From Alphaproteobacteria bacterium (lineage in GTDB: Bacteria > Pseudomonadota > Alphaproteobacteria > CALKHQ01), in the NCBI GenBank assembly GCA_965227515.1, contig CBDDFZ010000001.1, positions 3,648,001 to 3,712,000 of the forward strand: a stretch of 64,000 bases of DNA. Reading direction: 5' to 3'. Positions 1 through 9,806 of the stretch are shown piece by piece. Numbering within the stretch: the stretch's first letter is position 1; every line of letters starts with the position of its first letter. The notes beneath the pieces are model-generated. The model was not told the DNA's origin, ran no database searches, and saw only the letters and a list, made by a program, of their open reading frames with translations. The position numbers and the translations under genes were made by a program.

Positions 1-297
1 AAGCGGGCAAGCGCGTTCCATGGCACCGAGCTTGCCGGCATTCTGCGCGCCAACAACGTCGACACCATCCTGGTCACCGGAGTGACGGCGTGCGCGTGCG
101 TGCGGCAGACGATCTGCGATGGGCTGGCGGACGGTTTCCGCACCATCGGCGTGCGCGAGTGCATCGGCGACCGTGTGCCGGGGGCCGTCGCCTGGAACCT
201 GTTCGACATCGACGCCAAGTTCGCCGACGTGCATTCGGTCGATTCCGCGGTCGAGTACCTGGAAACCGTCAACGCCAAGCGGGCCGCCGCCGAATAG
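1..297 (+). CDS. Isochorismatase-family cysteine hydrolase (amidase-like), 5' truncated by window
   Basis: Frame 1 is open from base 1: KRASAFHGT..L..NNVDTILVTGVTACACVRQT..DG...GF, the typical K..SAF and G..T..CV..T motifs of the family. Confidence 0.85.
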   Translation, partial: KRASAFHGTELAGILRANNVDTILVTGVTACACVRQTICDGLADGFRTIGVRECIGDRVPGAVAWNLFDIDAKFADVHSVDSAVEYLETVNAKRAAAE

Positions 298-338
298 CGG
301 TCGCACCAGCATTCATTACAATGGGGGATAACTGAGCG

Positions 339-1538
339 ATGCCGGACACGCACGCCTTCACACCATTCAAGCTCGGGGCATTCGAGCTGAAGAACCGCCT
401 GGTCATGGCGCCGTTGACCCGGCAAGCGGCCGATGCCGACGGCACGCCGACCGATGAGATGGCGGCCTACTACGCGCGCCGGGCGCGCGGCGGCGTCAGC
501 ATGATCATCACCGAGGGCACTTATCAGAACGACGAGTTCGGCTGTAAGGCCTATCTCAGCGAACCCGGCTGCCTCACCGACGAACACATCGCCGGCTGGC
601 GCAAGACCGTGGACGCGGTCCACGCCCACGGCGTGCCGATCATCCTGCAGCTGATGCATGGCGGCCGGGTGACCGACCCACGCTGCCTGTTCGAAGGCGA
701 ACAGCCGGTCAGCGCCAGCGACACGCAAAGCCCAGGCTTCGTGCTCTACACCAACTCCGACGACGAGAAGCATGACCGCGGCATCACCGGCGACTGGCCG
801 TTGGTCACCTTCCCCCCGGCCCGCGCGCTGACCGCCGACGATATCGAGCAAGTCGCCGACGGCTTTGCCGAGGGCGCGAAGCGTGCCATGCAGGCCGGCT
901 TCGACGGCGTCGAAATCCACGGCGCCAACGGCTACCTGCTGTATCAGTTCATCGACCCCAAGCAGAACCTGCGCACCGACGAGTACGGCGGGTCGGCGGA
1001 AAACAACGTGCGCGCTGCGAAACTGGCCTGCCAGAAGGTGCGCGACGCTATCGGGCCGGACAAGATCGTGACTTTGCGGCTGTCCCAGGACGGCGTCGAC
1101 GATTTCGCCGGCGCCTGGCCGGACGGCGTTGAGTATGCGCGCGCGGTCGGCACGGCGTTGCGCGACGCACCGGTCGACGCGCTGCACTGGTCGAGCTTCG
1201 ACTGGTCCGACAACCGCGACCCGAATGCCGATACGCCGATGCCTCAGGTGATCCGAGAGGCAAGCGGCCACGCGATGATCGTCAATGGCGGCATCAGCGA
1301 AGCCGAGCACGTGGAGCAGGTCATCGGCTCCGGCGCCGGCGAGCTGTGCGCGGTCGGGCGGCCGCTGTTCGCCCACCCGGACTGGCCGTATATCATCCGG
1401 TCCGGCGTGCCCTATGACTGGATACCGTTCGACCGCAAGTACGTGGTCAAGCCGCCCTACGACTATGCGCTCGGCTACCCGCTCGACCTGCGAGAGTCGG
1501 CCTGGGACCCGGACACCAGCAAGCGCCGGCAACGGTAG
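339..1538 (+). CDS. NADH:flavin oxidoreductase, Old Yellow Enzyme family
   Basis: LKNRLVMAPLTR, QLMHGGR, AGFDGVEIHGANGYLL.QF, N.RTDEYGGS.EN and GR..AHPD motifs. Confidence 0.93.
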   Translation: MPDTHAFTPFKLGAFELKNRLVMAPLTRQAADADGTPTDEMAAYYARRARGGVSMIITEGTYQNDEFGCKAYLSEPGCLTDEHIAGWRKTVDAVHAHGVPIILQLMHGGRVTDPRCLFEGEQPVSASDTQSPGFVLYTNSDDEKHDRGITGDWPLVTFPPARALTADDIEQVADGFAEGAKRAMQAGFDGVEIHGANGYLLYQFIDPKQNLRTDEYGGSAENNVRAAKLACQKVRDAIGPDKIVTLRLSQDGVDDFAGAWPDGVEYARAVGTALRDAPVDALHWSSFDWSDNRDPNADTPMPQVIREASGHAMIVNGGISEAEHVEQVIGSGAGELCAVGRPLFAHPDWPYIIRSGVPYDWIPFDRKYVVKPPYDYALGYPLDLRESAWDPDTSKRRQR

Positions 1539-1613
1539 GTCTGGCGCAACGCCACACCCCGTCGTCGCCCTTGTGGCTGGCCATTCGCGCATATTGCGAT
1601 GGCGCGGTCGTAC

Positions 1614-1823
1614 CCCTCTCCCATTTCGGGAGAGGGAGGGGCCCAGCCGAAGGCTGGGAGGGTGAGGGCTGGCACGATCGGTCGCGTATGTGCAGGATTC
1701 AGCAAGAAGCGAAGACAACGGAAGGCTTGAAGGCGCCGACGGCGTCTCCGCAGCTTCGCCGCGGCCCTCACCCTCCCGGCGCTTGTCGCGCCGGGTCCCT
1801 CCCTCTCCCGAAATGGGAGAGGG
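1614..1823. repeat. REPIN-like element, CCCTCTCCC..GGGAGAGGG family, copy 1
   Basis: The left arm (1614-1668) and right arm (1765-1823) are inverted relative to each other and each contains internal hairpins. The same arms recur at 9807-10034. Confidence 0.85.
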
Positions 1824-1873
1824 GGTTACAGCGCGCGTACCAGTCGGACTGGGCGGCGGCCGCGAGAATTCAC

Positions 1874-1985
1874 CGTCATGCCCGCACTTGTGGAGCCTGT
1901 CCTCGGACTTGATCCGAGGGGGCATCCACGTCTTTGATCAGACGAAGCTAATTCGTGGATGGCCGGGTCAAGCCCGGCCATGACG
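1874..1985. repeat. Palindromic element, CGTCATGCCCG..GCATCCACGTC family, with a nested hairpin insert
   Basis: CGTCATGCCCGCACTTG..GGCATCCACGTC..CGTGGATGGCCGGGTCAAGCCCGGCCATGACG; related to the element at about 24078-24183. Confidence 0.8.
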
Positions 1986-2007
1986 ATTATTGTGCGGACG
2001 GCCGCCC

Positions 2008-3789
2008 CTACTCCGCGGCCGCGACCGACATCTGCGCGCGGAGTTCCTCGGTCGCAGCCTGGTCGACCGTTTCGGTCTCCAGGTCAACGACCACGCCATA
2101 GACCCTGCGCGCCTCGTCCGCCGAGTAGTAGTCGTCGAGCACGTCGTCCAGCACCAGCGCCGGATCGCGCTCCAGCGGGTTGCCGTAGCCGCCGCCGCAC
2201 GGCGCATAGAACGCCATCACGTCGTTGTCGCGCACGCGCAGGCCGGAGAACTTGGCCGGCGTCGCCTTCGGCGGCTGGTTGTCGTTGACGTTGTAGATCT
2301 CGACCTTGCCGACCACGCCGTCATGGCCGCCGAACACGCCCCACGGCACGTCCTCGTGGCGCTCGCACTCGTGGGTGATGAAGCCGTCGGTCAGCACCCG
2401 CTGCGCCTTCACCACGCCCATGCCGCCATGGAATTTGCCGGCCCCCGGCGAGACGTCGTCGCGCAGTTCGTAACGGTCGCAGATCATCGGGATGTGGACC
2501 GCCAGGTCCTCCAGCGGATTGTTGCGGGTGTTGGCCATCAGATTGTCGACCGCGTCCGGCCCGTCGGACCGTGGACGCCCGCCGTACGAGCCTTCGTTGA
2601 CCTCCAGGAACACCCAATAGTCGCCGCTTGGCCGCACGCCGGAATAGGCGGCGAACGACAGGCTGGCCGAGCTGCCGGCGACCACCTTGTCGGGCAGTGC
2701 CGGCGCCAACGCCTTGTAGATCAGGTCGATCATCCGGTTGCACTGGGTGAACCGGGCCTCGGCCGCGGCCGGGAAGTTCGGGTTGAAGATCGAGCCCTTG
2801 GGCGCGTGGACCGTGATCGGGCGGAACGAGCCCTCGTTGGTCGGCACGCCGCGGCCCATGGTCTCCGCATCCAGCAGCAGCGAGCGGAAGGCGCAGAAGC
2901 AGGCGACCTTGGTCGAGCCTTCGAACGGCACGTTGAAGCCGGTCTCCACCTGGTCGGCCGAGCCGGTCAGGTCGACCAGCACATTGTCGCCCTTCACCTC
3001 GACCCGCACCTTGATCGGCAAGTGGACGCCGCGGTTCTTGCCGTCGTCGTCCAGGAAGCCCTCGGCGAAATACTCGCCGTCCGGGATCTGGGCGATCTGC
3101 TGGCGCATCACGCTTTCGGTGTAGTCCATCAACTGCCGGGTCGCGGCCATCACCGTCTGGTGGCCGAACTTGTCCATCAGCTCCTGGAACCGCTTCACGC
3201 CGAGCCGGGCCGATGCGATCTGCGCGTCCAGGTCGTCCTGCAACTGGCGCGCGGCGCGGCTGTTGTGGCGCAGGAAGTTCCACATCGCCTCGTTGCGCTC
3301 GCCCTTGCGGTAGAGCTTGGTGCCGGCGAACAGCATGCCCTCGGCATAGACGTCGGGAATGTCGATGATCAGGCCCGGGGTCGCCGCACCGATGTCCAGA
3401 TGGTGCGCCGTGTTGGCCGAATAGCCGACCAGCTCGCCATTGTGGAAGATCGGGATGACGATGGCGATGTCGGGCGAGTGGCTGGCGCCGTAGTACGGAT
3501 GGTTGTGGATGACGACGTCGTCCTCGTACCACTCGCCATCCTGCAGGCACTGCTCGATGCCGGCCATGTAGCCGGGCAGCGAGCCGATGTGGAGCGGCGT
3601 CGATTCCGACTCGCACAGCGTGTTGTATTCGGTGTCGAACAGGCCGGCGCCCAGATCCTGCGACTCCCGGATGATCGAGGAGAACGACATCCGATAGAGC
3701 ACGTGGCCCATTTCCTCGGCGATCGTGTCCAGCGCGCCGGAAATCACCTGCAAGGTGATCGGGTCGAGCTTGGGGCTGATTTCATTCAT
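2008..3789 (-). CDS. Hydantoinase B/5-oxoprolinase family subunit (pair 1)
   Basis: EEMG..L.R.SFS.IIRESQD, HNHPY, TAHHLDIG, SPGAGKFHGG.G and PCGGGYGNP motifs. Confidence 0.93.
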   Translation of the reverse strand: MNEISPKLDPITLQVISGALDTIAEEMGHVLYRMSFSSIIRESQDLGAGLFDTEYNTLCESESTPLHIGSLPGYMAGIEQCLQDGEWYEDDVVIHNHPYYGASHSPDIAIVIPIFHNGELVGYSANTAHHLDIGAATPGLIIDIPDVYAEGMLFAGTKLYRKGERNEAMWNFLRHNSRAARQLQDDLDAQIASARLGVKRFQELMDKFGHQTVMAATRQLMDYTESVMRQQIAQIPDGEYFAEGFLDDDGKNRGVHLPIKVRVEVKGDNVLVDLTGSADQVETGFNVPFEGSTKVACFCAFRSLLLDAETMGRGVPTNEGSFRPITVHAPKGSIFNPNFPAAAEARFTQCNRMIDLIYKALAPALPDKVVAGSSASLSFAAYSGVRPSGDYWVFLEVNEGSYGGRPRSDGPDAVDNLMANTRNNPLEDLAVHIPMICDRYELRDDVSPGAGKFHGGMGVVKAQRVLTDGFITHECERHEDVPWGVFGGHDGVVGKVEIYNVNDNQPPKATPAKFSGLRVRDNDVMAFYAPCGGGYGNPLERDPALVLDDVLDDYYSADEARRVYGVVVDLETETVDQAATEELRAQMSVAAAE

Positions 3790-3814
3790 CGCGCAGCACT
3801 CCTCATGGGACGCC

Positions 3815-5890
3815 TCAACTGGTGCGGTTGATCAGCAGATGGCCGTGGTCCAGCACGGTGGCAGCATACCCGTCAGGCACGATTGTCGTCGAATCATGCT
3901 GGATCACGATGGCGGGTCCCGCCACCTGGTTGCCGGGCCGCAGCTTGGTGCGGTCATAGCGCGGCGTGACGGTGGCGGTGCCGTCATCGAAAACCGTTTC
4001 GCGCTCATACATGCGCGCGGCCTCCACCTCGCCGCCGACAGCCTTGTCCAGCGTCGGCAGCTTCATCGGGTCGGTCGGCGCACCGCCGATGACCCGAATG
4101 GTGATCAGCTCCACCTTGCCGTCGTCGAAGGCATAGCCGTAGTCCAGCCGGTGCTGGCGATGGAAGTCGGCGATGATGGCGTCGATGGCCGCCCGGTCGA
4201 TGGGACCGTCCGGCATCGCGGCGCGCAGCTCGAACCCCTGGCCGTGATAGCGGCACTCGGCCACCCGGCGCACGTGCTGGTTGTCGCCGGTCACGCCGTC
4301 GGCGCTCAGTTCCTCGCGGCAATCCTGCTCCAGCCGGGCGACCATGGCATTGATCGCCTTCAGCGCCGCGTCGTCGATGTCGTTCAACGTCGTGATGACC
4401 GAGCCGGTGTGCTCGTACTGGATCTCGGTGACCAGCAGGCCCATGGCGGCGGTGATGCCTGGCGCGACCGGCACCACCACATCCTTGGCCGCGATCGCCT
4501 CGGCCAGCGCCACGCCATGCAGCGGGCCGGCGCCACCGAACGGCATCAGCGTGAACTCGCGCGGGTCGACGCCCTTTGCGACCGAGTTGGACCGGATCGC
4601 CAGCGACATATTGGAGTTGATGACCTTGATGATGCCCAGTGCGGCATCGGTGATCGACATGCCGAGCGGCTTGGCGATCTTGGCCTCGATGGCCTTCGAC
4701 GCCAGATCGGGGTCGATGGGCAGGTCGCCGCCGAGCACCGCGTCGGGGTCCAGCCGCCCCAGCGCCACCTGGGCATCGGTGACCGTTGGCTCCTCGCCGC
4801 CCCTGCCGTAGCAGGCCGGTCCCGGCTCGGCACCGGCCGACCGCGGGCCGACATGGAAGCCGCCGGCCTCGTCCAGATAGGCGATGGAGCCGCCGCCGGC
4901 ACCGATGGTGACCAGGTCGATCATCGGCACCAGCACCGGGTGGCCGTTGACGTAGGTGTCGCGCGGGTTCTTGATCTTCACCTGCCCGTTGGGGATGGTG
5001 CTGATGTCGGCCGACGTGCCGCCGATATCCACCGTGATCAGGTTCTGCCGCCCGGTCAGCGCGCCCTCCGCGCGCGCACCGATCACACCGCCGGCCGGCC
5101 CCGACATCAGGATGTTGACCGCCCGTTGCGAGCAATTCTGCACCGTGGCTAGGCCGCCGTTGGACTGGATCACCCGCAGCCGGGCATTGACGTCGTTCTC
5201 GTGCAGCCGGCCCTCCAGCCGCCGCAGGTAGTGGGTCGTCTTCGGCCCGACGAAAGCGTTCATCGCCGTGGTGCTGAACCGCTCGTACTCGCGCAGCACG
5301 TTGGCGACCTCGCTGGAGCACCAGACGAACGCATCCGGCATGTGCTTCTCGACCAGCTCCTTCGCCCTCAGCTCGTGGCTGTTGTTCATGAACGAGAACA
5401 TGAAGCAGATGATGATGGAGCTGAGCCCGCGGCGCTTGAACACCTCGATCGCGGCCAGCACGTCCTCCTCGCTCAGCGGAGTCTCGACATGGCCGTCCGG
5501 CGGCAGGATGCGCTCGGTCACCGGAATGCGGTTGCGGCGCTTGACCAGCGGGCGGTCCTGCCACGGCACCTCGAAGTGAAGCGAGAAATTATGCGGGCGC
5601 TTGTGGCGGCCGATGTGGAGGATGTCGCGAAAGCCGCGCGTGGTGATCATGCCCACGTCGGCGCCATTGTGCTCGATGGTGATGTTGGTCGCGACCGTCG
5701 TGCCGTGCACCACCAGGTCGAGATCGGGCAACGCCACACCGCTGCGCTCGCAAATCTCGGCGATGCCGCGCAACGTGCCTTCCGACTGATCCTGCGGGGT
5801 GCTCGGCACCTTGTGATAGTAGACGGCGCCGTTCGCCTCCAGAACCAGGTCGGTGTTGGTGCCGCCAACATCTACACCAATGCGAGCCAT
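3815..5890 (-). CDS. Hydantoinase A/5-oxoprolinase family ATP-binding subunit (pair 1)
   Basis: RIGVDVGGTNTD, HGTTVATN, SGPAGG, DIGGTSAD, IGAGGGS, GPRSAGAEPGPACY and FGGAGPLH motifs. Confidence 0.95.
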   Translation of the reverse strand: MARIGVDVGGTNTDLVLEANGAVYYHKVPSTPQDQSEGTLRGIAEICERSGVALPDLDLVVHGTTVATNITIEHNGADVGMITTRGFRDILHIGRHKRPHNFSLHFEVPWQDRPLVKRRNRIPVTERILPPDGHVETPLSEEDVLAAIEVFKRRGLSSIIICFMFSFMNNSHELRAKELVEKHMPDAFVWCSSEVANVLREYERFSTTAMNAFVGPKTTHYLRRLEGRLHENDVNARLRVIQSNGGLATVQNCSQRAVNILMSGPAGGVIGARAEGALTGRQNLITVDIGGTSADISTIPNGQVKIKNPRDTYVNGHPVLVPMIDLVTIGAGGGSIAYLDEAGGFHVGPRSAGAEPGPACYGRGGEEPTVTDAQVALGRLDPDAVLGGDLPIDPDLASKAIEAKIAKPLGMSITDAALGIIKVINSNMSLAIRSNSVAKGVDPREFTLMPFGGAGPLHGVALAEAIAAKDVVVPVAPGITAAMGLLVTEIQYEHTGSVITTLNDIDDAALKAINAMVARLEQDCREELSADGVTGDNQHVRRVAECRYHGQGFELRAAMPDGPIDRAAIDAIIADFHRQHRLDYGYAFDDGKVELITIRVIGGAPTDPMKLPTLDKAVGGEVEAARMYERETVFDDGTATVTPRYDRTKLRPGNQVAGPAIVIQHDSTTIVPDGYAATVLDHGHLLINRTS

Positions 5891-6012
5891 GCGTCGTGTT
5901 CCCCCAGATAGTCAAATGCCAGGCCAGATGTCCAAGCGCCCGATAGCCAGGCAGGTGTGGGCAAGGAAACCTAGCAGTGCGCCAATTCGGCCCGCAACCT
6001 GGATCGGTGCCA

Positions 6013-6028
6013 TGCGAGCGCCGTGCCA
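6013..6028 (-). promoter_or_regulatory. Candidate sigma-54 (-24/-12) promoter for hydantoinase pair 1
   Basis: The minus strand reads TGGCAC-GGCGC-TCGCA, one mismatch from TGGCAC-N5-TTGCA, with correct GG-N10-GC spacing. It lies about 120 nt upstream of the ATG at 5890. Confidence 0.6.
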
Positions 6029-6111
6029 TGCGGCATATCGCGAGACGGTGGCGGCACGCGACGCAACCGGCTAGCGTGCGGCAGCACAATAGCAATCACT
6101 CCAGGACCCAC

Positions 6112-7287
6112 ATGCAGTTCCGTCACGCCGAACAGGACAGTGAAATTCGCGAGGCCGTGACGCGGCTGTGCGCTGGCTTTCCGGGCGAATACTGGCGCGC
6201 GCTGGACCGCGAGCGCACCTACCCCACCGAGTTCGTCGCGGCGCTCACCGAGGCCGGCTATCTGGCCGCCCTGATCCCCGAGGACTATGGCGGGGCGGGC
6301 CTCGGTCTTTCGACCGCTGCCGCGATCCTGGAGGAGGTGCAGCGCTCCGGCGCCAATGCCGGCGCCTGCCATGCCCAGATGTACATCATGGGCCTGCTGC
6401 TGCGGCACGGCAGCGATGACCACAAGCAGCGCTGGCTGCCGGCGATTGCCGACGGCTCGATCCGCTTGCAGGCGTTCGGGGTGACCGAGCCGACCAGCGG
6501 CACCGACACCACAGCCATCCGCACCACCGCGCGGCGTGACAGCGATGGCTATGTCGTCAATGGCCAGAAGGTGTGGACCTCGCGCGCCGAGCACTCCGAC
6601 CTGATGCTGCTGCTGGCACGCACCACGCCGCGCGACGAGGTGGCGAAGCGCACCGACGGGCTCTCGGTGTTCCTGGTCGACCTGCGCGAGGCGCGCGGCA
6701 ACGGCCTGGAGATCCGCCCGCTGCGCGCGATGGTCAACCACGCCACCACCGAGATCTTCATGGACAACATGAGGATTCCGGCCGACAGCCTGGTCGGCGA
6801 GGAGGGCCGCGGCTTTCGCTACATCCTGTCCGGCATGAACGCGGAGCGGATATTGATCGCGGCGGAATGCATCGGCGACGCGCGCTTCTTCATCGAAAAG
6901 GCGGTCGACTACGCCAACGAGCGGCAGGTGTTCGGCCGGCCGATCGGCCAGAACCAGGGCGTGCAGTTCCCCATCGCCCGCGCCTATGCCCAGACCTGCG
7001 CCGCCGCGTCCATGGTCTATCAGGCGGCCGCCCTGTTCGATGACGGCACGGATGCCACCACCCTTGGCGGAGCGGACGCCAACATGGCGAAGCTGCTGGC
7101 GGCCGATGCCTCGTGGGCGGCGGCGGATATGTGCCTGCAGACCCATGGCGGCTTCGGCTTCGCGGAGGAGTACGATATCGAGCGTAAGTTCCGCGAGACC
7201 CGGCTCTATCAGGTGGCGCCGATTTCGACCAACCTGATCCTCTCCTACCTGGCCGAGCACGTGCTGGGCCTGCCGCGCTCGTTCTGA
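6112..7287 (+). CDS. Acyl-CoA dehydrogenase family protein
   Basis: AFGVTEPTSGTDT, NGQKVWTS, RQVFGRPIGQNQGVQF and QTHGGFGFA.EYDIER motifs. The ATG at 6112 follows AGGA; the track's start at 5977 looks over-extended. Confidence 0.93.
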   Translation: MQFRHAEQDSEIREAVTRLCAGFPGEYWRALDRERTYPTEFVAALTEAGYLAALIPEDYGGAGLGLSTAAAILEEVQRSGANAGACHAQMYIMGLLLRHGSDDHKQRWLPAIADGSIRLQAFGVTEPTSGTDTTAIRTTARRDSDGYVVNGQKVWTSRAEHSDLMLLLARTTPRDEVAKRTDGLSVFLVDLREARGNGLEIRPLRAMVNHATTEIFMDNMRIPADSLVGEEGRGFRYILSGMNAERILIAAECIGDARFFIEKAVDYANERQVFGRPIGQNQGVQFPIARAYAQTCAAASMVYQAAALFDDGTDATTLGGADANMAKLLAADASWAAADMCLQTHGGFGFAEEYDIERKFRETRLYQVAPISTNLILSYLAEHVLGLPRSF

Positions 7288-8441
7288 TGGCGGGGGAGGA
7301 TACAGCGCAGCCATTGCCGCTGGCGGGACTGCTGGTCGTCACCGTCGAGCAGGCGGTTGCCGCACCGATGTGCAGCAACCGGCTGGCGGCGGCCGGCGCG
7401 CGGGTGATCAAAGTCGAGCGGCCGGAGGGCGACTTCGCCCGCGAGTACGACCACATCGTCCACGGCGAGAGCGCCTATTTCGTCTGGCTGAACCGGGGCA
7501 AGCAGTCGGTGGTGCTGGACCTGCGCGCGGCAGACGACCTCGCCCTGCTCCGCCGCATGGTGGCGCGGGCCGACGTGCTGGTGCAGAACCTGAAGCCCGG
7601 CGCGCTCGCCCGGCTCGGCATGCCGTTGGAAGACCTGCGCCGCGCCCACCCGCGCCTGATCACCTGCTCGATCTCCGGCTATGGCGACACGGGGCCCTAT
7701 GCCGCCCGCAAGGCGTATGACCTGCTGATCCAGGCTGACAGCGGGCTCGCCTCGCTGACCGGCGGACCGGAAGCGCCTGCGCGCGTCGGCGTGTCGGTCA
7801 CCGACATCGCCACCGGCATGAACGCCTATGAGGCGGTGCTGGAGGCGCTGATCCGGCGCGGCACCACGGGCCGGGGTGCTGCCATCAACGTGTCGATGTT
7901 CGACGCCATGGCCGACTGGCTGACAGTGCCGCTGCTGCAGGCCGAGCACGGCAAGCCGCCGGGCCGTATCGGGCTGAGCCACCCAAGCATCGCGCCCTAT
8001 GGCGTGTTCGCCGCCGCAGACGGCACGCCGGTGCTGATCTCGATCCAGAACGAGCGCGAGTGGCGCAAGCTCTGCGCCGACGTGCTCGACCGGCCGGAGA
8101 TGGCGGGCGATCCCCGCTACGACAACTCGACCGCGCGGGTCGCCAACCGCGTGGCACTCGATGCCGACGTGCAGCAGGCATTCGGCGTCCATGACAGCAA
8201 GGCCTTGACCGCGCGGCTGGCCGCCGCCGACATCGCGTTCGCCACCGTCAACGACATGGCCGGCCTGTCGGCGCACCCGCACCTGCGGCGCATCACGGTC
8301 GACACCCCGACCGGGCCGGTGGCGATGCCGGCCCCGCCTGGCATGATCGACGGCATCGAACCCGCGCCCGGCCCGGTGCCCGAACTGGGCGCGCACACCG
8401 AGCAAATTCGCCAAGAGTTCGCGGAGACAAACGATGACTGA
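7287..8441 (+). CDS. Class III CoA-transferase (CaiB/BaiF family)
   Basis: EQAVAAP, VIKVERPEGDF.R, LNRGKQS, DVLVQNLKPG, SGYG..GP, KAYD and DIATG motifs; overlaps the upstream stop (TGATG). Confidence 0.93.
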   Translation: MAGEDTAQPLPLAGLLVVTVEQAVAAPMCSNRLAAAGARVIKVERPEGDFAREYDHIVHGESAYFVWLNRGKQSVVLDLRAADDLALLRRMVARADVLVQNLKPGALARLGMPLEDLRRAHPRLITCSISGYGDTGPYAARKAYDLLIQADSGLASLTGGPEAPARVGVSVTDIATGMNAYEAVLEALIRRGTTGRGAAINVSMFDAMADWLTVPLLQAEHGKPPGRIGLSHPSIAPYGVFAAADGTPVLISIQNEREWRKLCADVLDRPEMAGDPRYDNSTARVANRVALDADVQQAFGVHDSKALTARLAAADIAFATVNDMAGLSAHPHLRRITVDTPTGPVAMPAPPGMIDGIEPAPGPVPELGAHTEQIRQEFAETNDD

Positions 8442-9798
8442 CGAAACCGCGACTGTTGCCGCATTCGCAGCACGGTTCAGGCAGGAGCACGCGCCTGAAG
8501 AGGTGCGCCGCCGGGTACGCCTGCTGCTGCTCGATGCGCTGGGGAGCGCGATCCGCGCGGGCAAGGAGGCGGAGAGCACGCCGTCGATCGCCGCCGCCGC
8601 CAAGACCGCGTTCGGATCGGGCGACGCGCGAGTTATCGCGGACACGCAAGGCTACGCGCCCGCCGCGGCGGCGGTGATCAACGGGGCGCTGATCCACAGC
8701 CTGGACTTCGACGACACCCACGGCCGCTCGTCGCTGCACTGTGGGGCGGCGGTCATCCCCGCCGCCCTGGCTGCCGCCGAGTTGTCGCCGGTCGCCATGG
8801 ACACGTTGCTAACGGCCATCGCCGTCGGGTTCGAGGTGCAGATCAGGCTCGGCCTTGCGGCCGACCCGCGCGCCCACTACGCGCGTGGGTTCCATCCGAC
8901 GGCGACCTGCGGTGTGTTCGGCGCGGCGGCGGCCGCCGGCATTATCCTCGGTCTCGATGGCGGCCAACTGGAGTCGGCGTTCGGGGCCGCCCTCAGCCAG
9001 TCCGCCGGCTCGCTGCAGTTCCTGGAGAACGGTGCCTGGACCAAGCGCTTCCAGGTCGGCTGGGCATCGGGCAGCGGCCTGGTCGCCGCGTTGTTGGCGC
9101 GCGAGGGCTTCCAGGGGCCGTCCGCGGCCCTGGAAGGCAGGTTCGGCTTCCTCAATGCCTACTCACCCTCGCCCGACCCGGCGAAAGCCACCGGCGATCT
9201 CGGCCAGCGCTGGGAGACGCTGGAGATCGCGGTCAAGCCCTACCCATGCTGCCGCTACATCCACCCGGCGCTGGATGCGTTGCAGGCGCTGAGTGCCGCG
9301 CACGGCGCGGACCGGCTGCGCGGGGCGTCATCGTTCGAAATCGGGCTGCCGGAGCCAGCGATGCGGCTGATCGCCGAACCGGCGGAGGCCAAGCGCCGTC
9401 CGTCATCGGTGGTCGATGGCCAGTTCTCGATGCCGTTCTGCGGCGCCGTACTACTGGCCCAGGGCGCGTTCGGTTGGGACGACTACGGGCGCTACCTTGG
9501 CGACAGCGCGATCAACGACCTGGCAGCCCGCTTCACATGCGCGGTCGATCCGGACATCGACAGCCTGCCGCAGAACTTCGCCGCCCGCGTCACCGTGCGC
9601 AATGGCGGCGAAGCCTGGACGGAAACCGTCGAGGTGGCGAAGGGCGAGCCGGCGAACTTCCTGACCGACGACGAGTTCAAACGGAAATTCGCCACCCTGG
9701 CCGATCCGGTCATCGGGGCCGATGCGGCCGCCAATGTCGTCGCGGCGGTGCTCGATGCGCCCGGCTCATCGCCGCTGTCTTTGTCAGAAGCGATGTGA
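8434..9798 (+). CDS. MmgE/PrpD family protein
   Basis: NG...HSLDFDDTH, GFHPT, KPYPCCRYIH and QFSMP motifs. Confidence 0.92.
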   Translation: MTDETATVAAFAARFRQEHAPEEVRRRVRLLLLDALGSAIRAGKEAESTPSIAAAAKTAFGSGDARVIADTQGYAPAAAAVINGALIHSLDFDDTHGRSSLHCGAAVIPAALAAAELSPVAMDTLLTAIAVGFEVQIRLGLAADPRAHYARGFHPTATCGVFGAAAAAGIILGLDGGQLESAFGAALSQSAGSLQFLENGAWTKRFQVGWASGSGLVAALLAREGFQGPSAALEGRFGFLNAYSPSPDPAKATGDLGQRWETLEIAVKPYPCCRYIHPALDALQALSAAHGADRLRGASSFEIGLPEPAMRLIAEPAEAKRRPSSVVDGQFSMPFCGAVLLAQGAFGWDDYGRYLGDSAINDLAARFTCAVDPDIDSLPQNFAARVTVRNGGEAWTETVEVAKGEPANFLTDDEFKRKFATLADPVIGADAAANVVAAVLDAPGSSPLSLSEAM

Positions 9799-9806
9799 CG
9801 CGACTT

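Noticed and set aside
1990-3831. Long antisense or alternative-frame ORFs (also 22244-23875, 29762-31519, 45431-47251, 53545-55287 and many Arg/Pro-rich ORFs)
   Set aside because: They shadow well-supported genes, lack motifs and are expected from high-GC codon bias.
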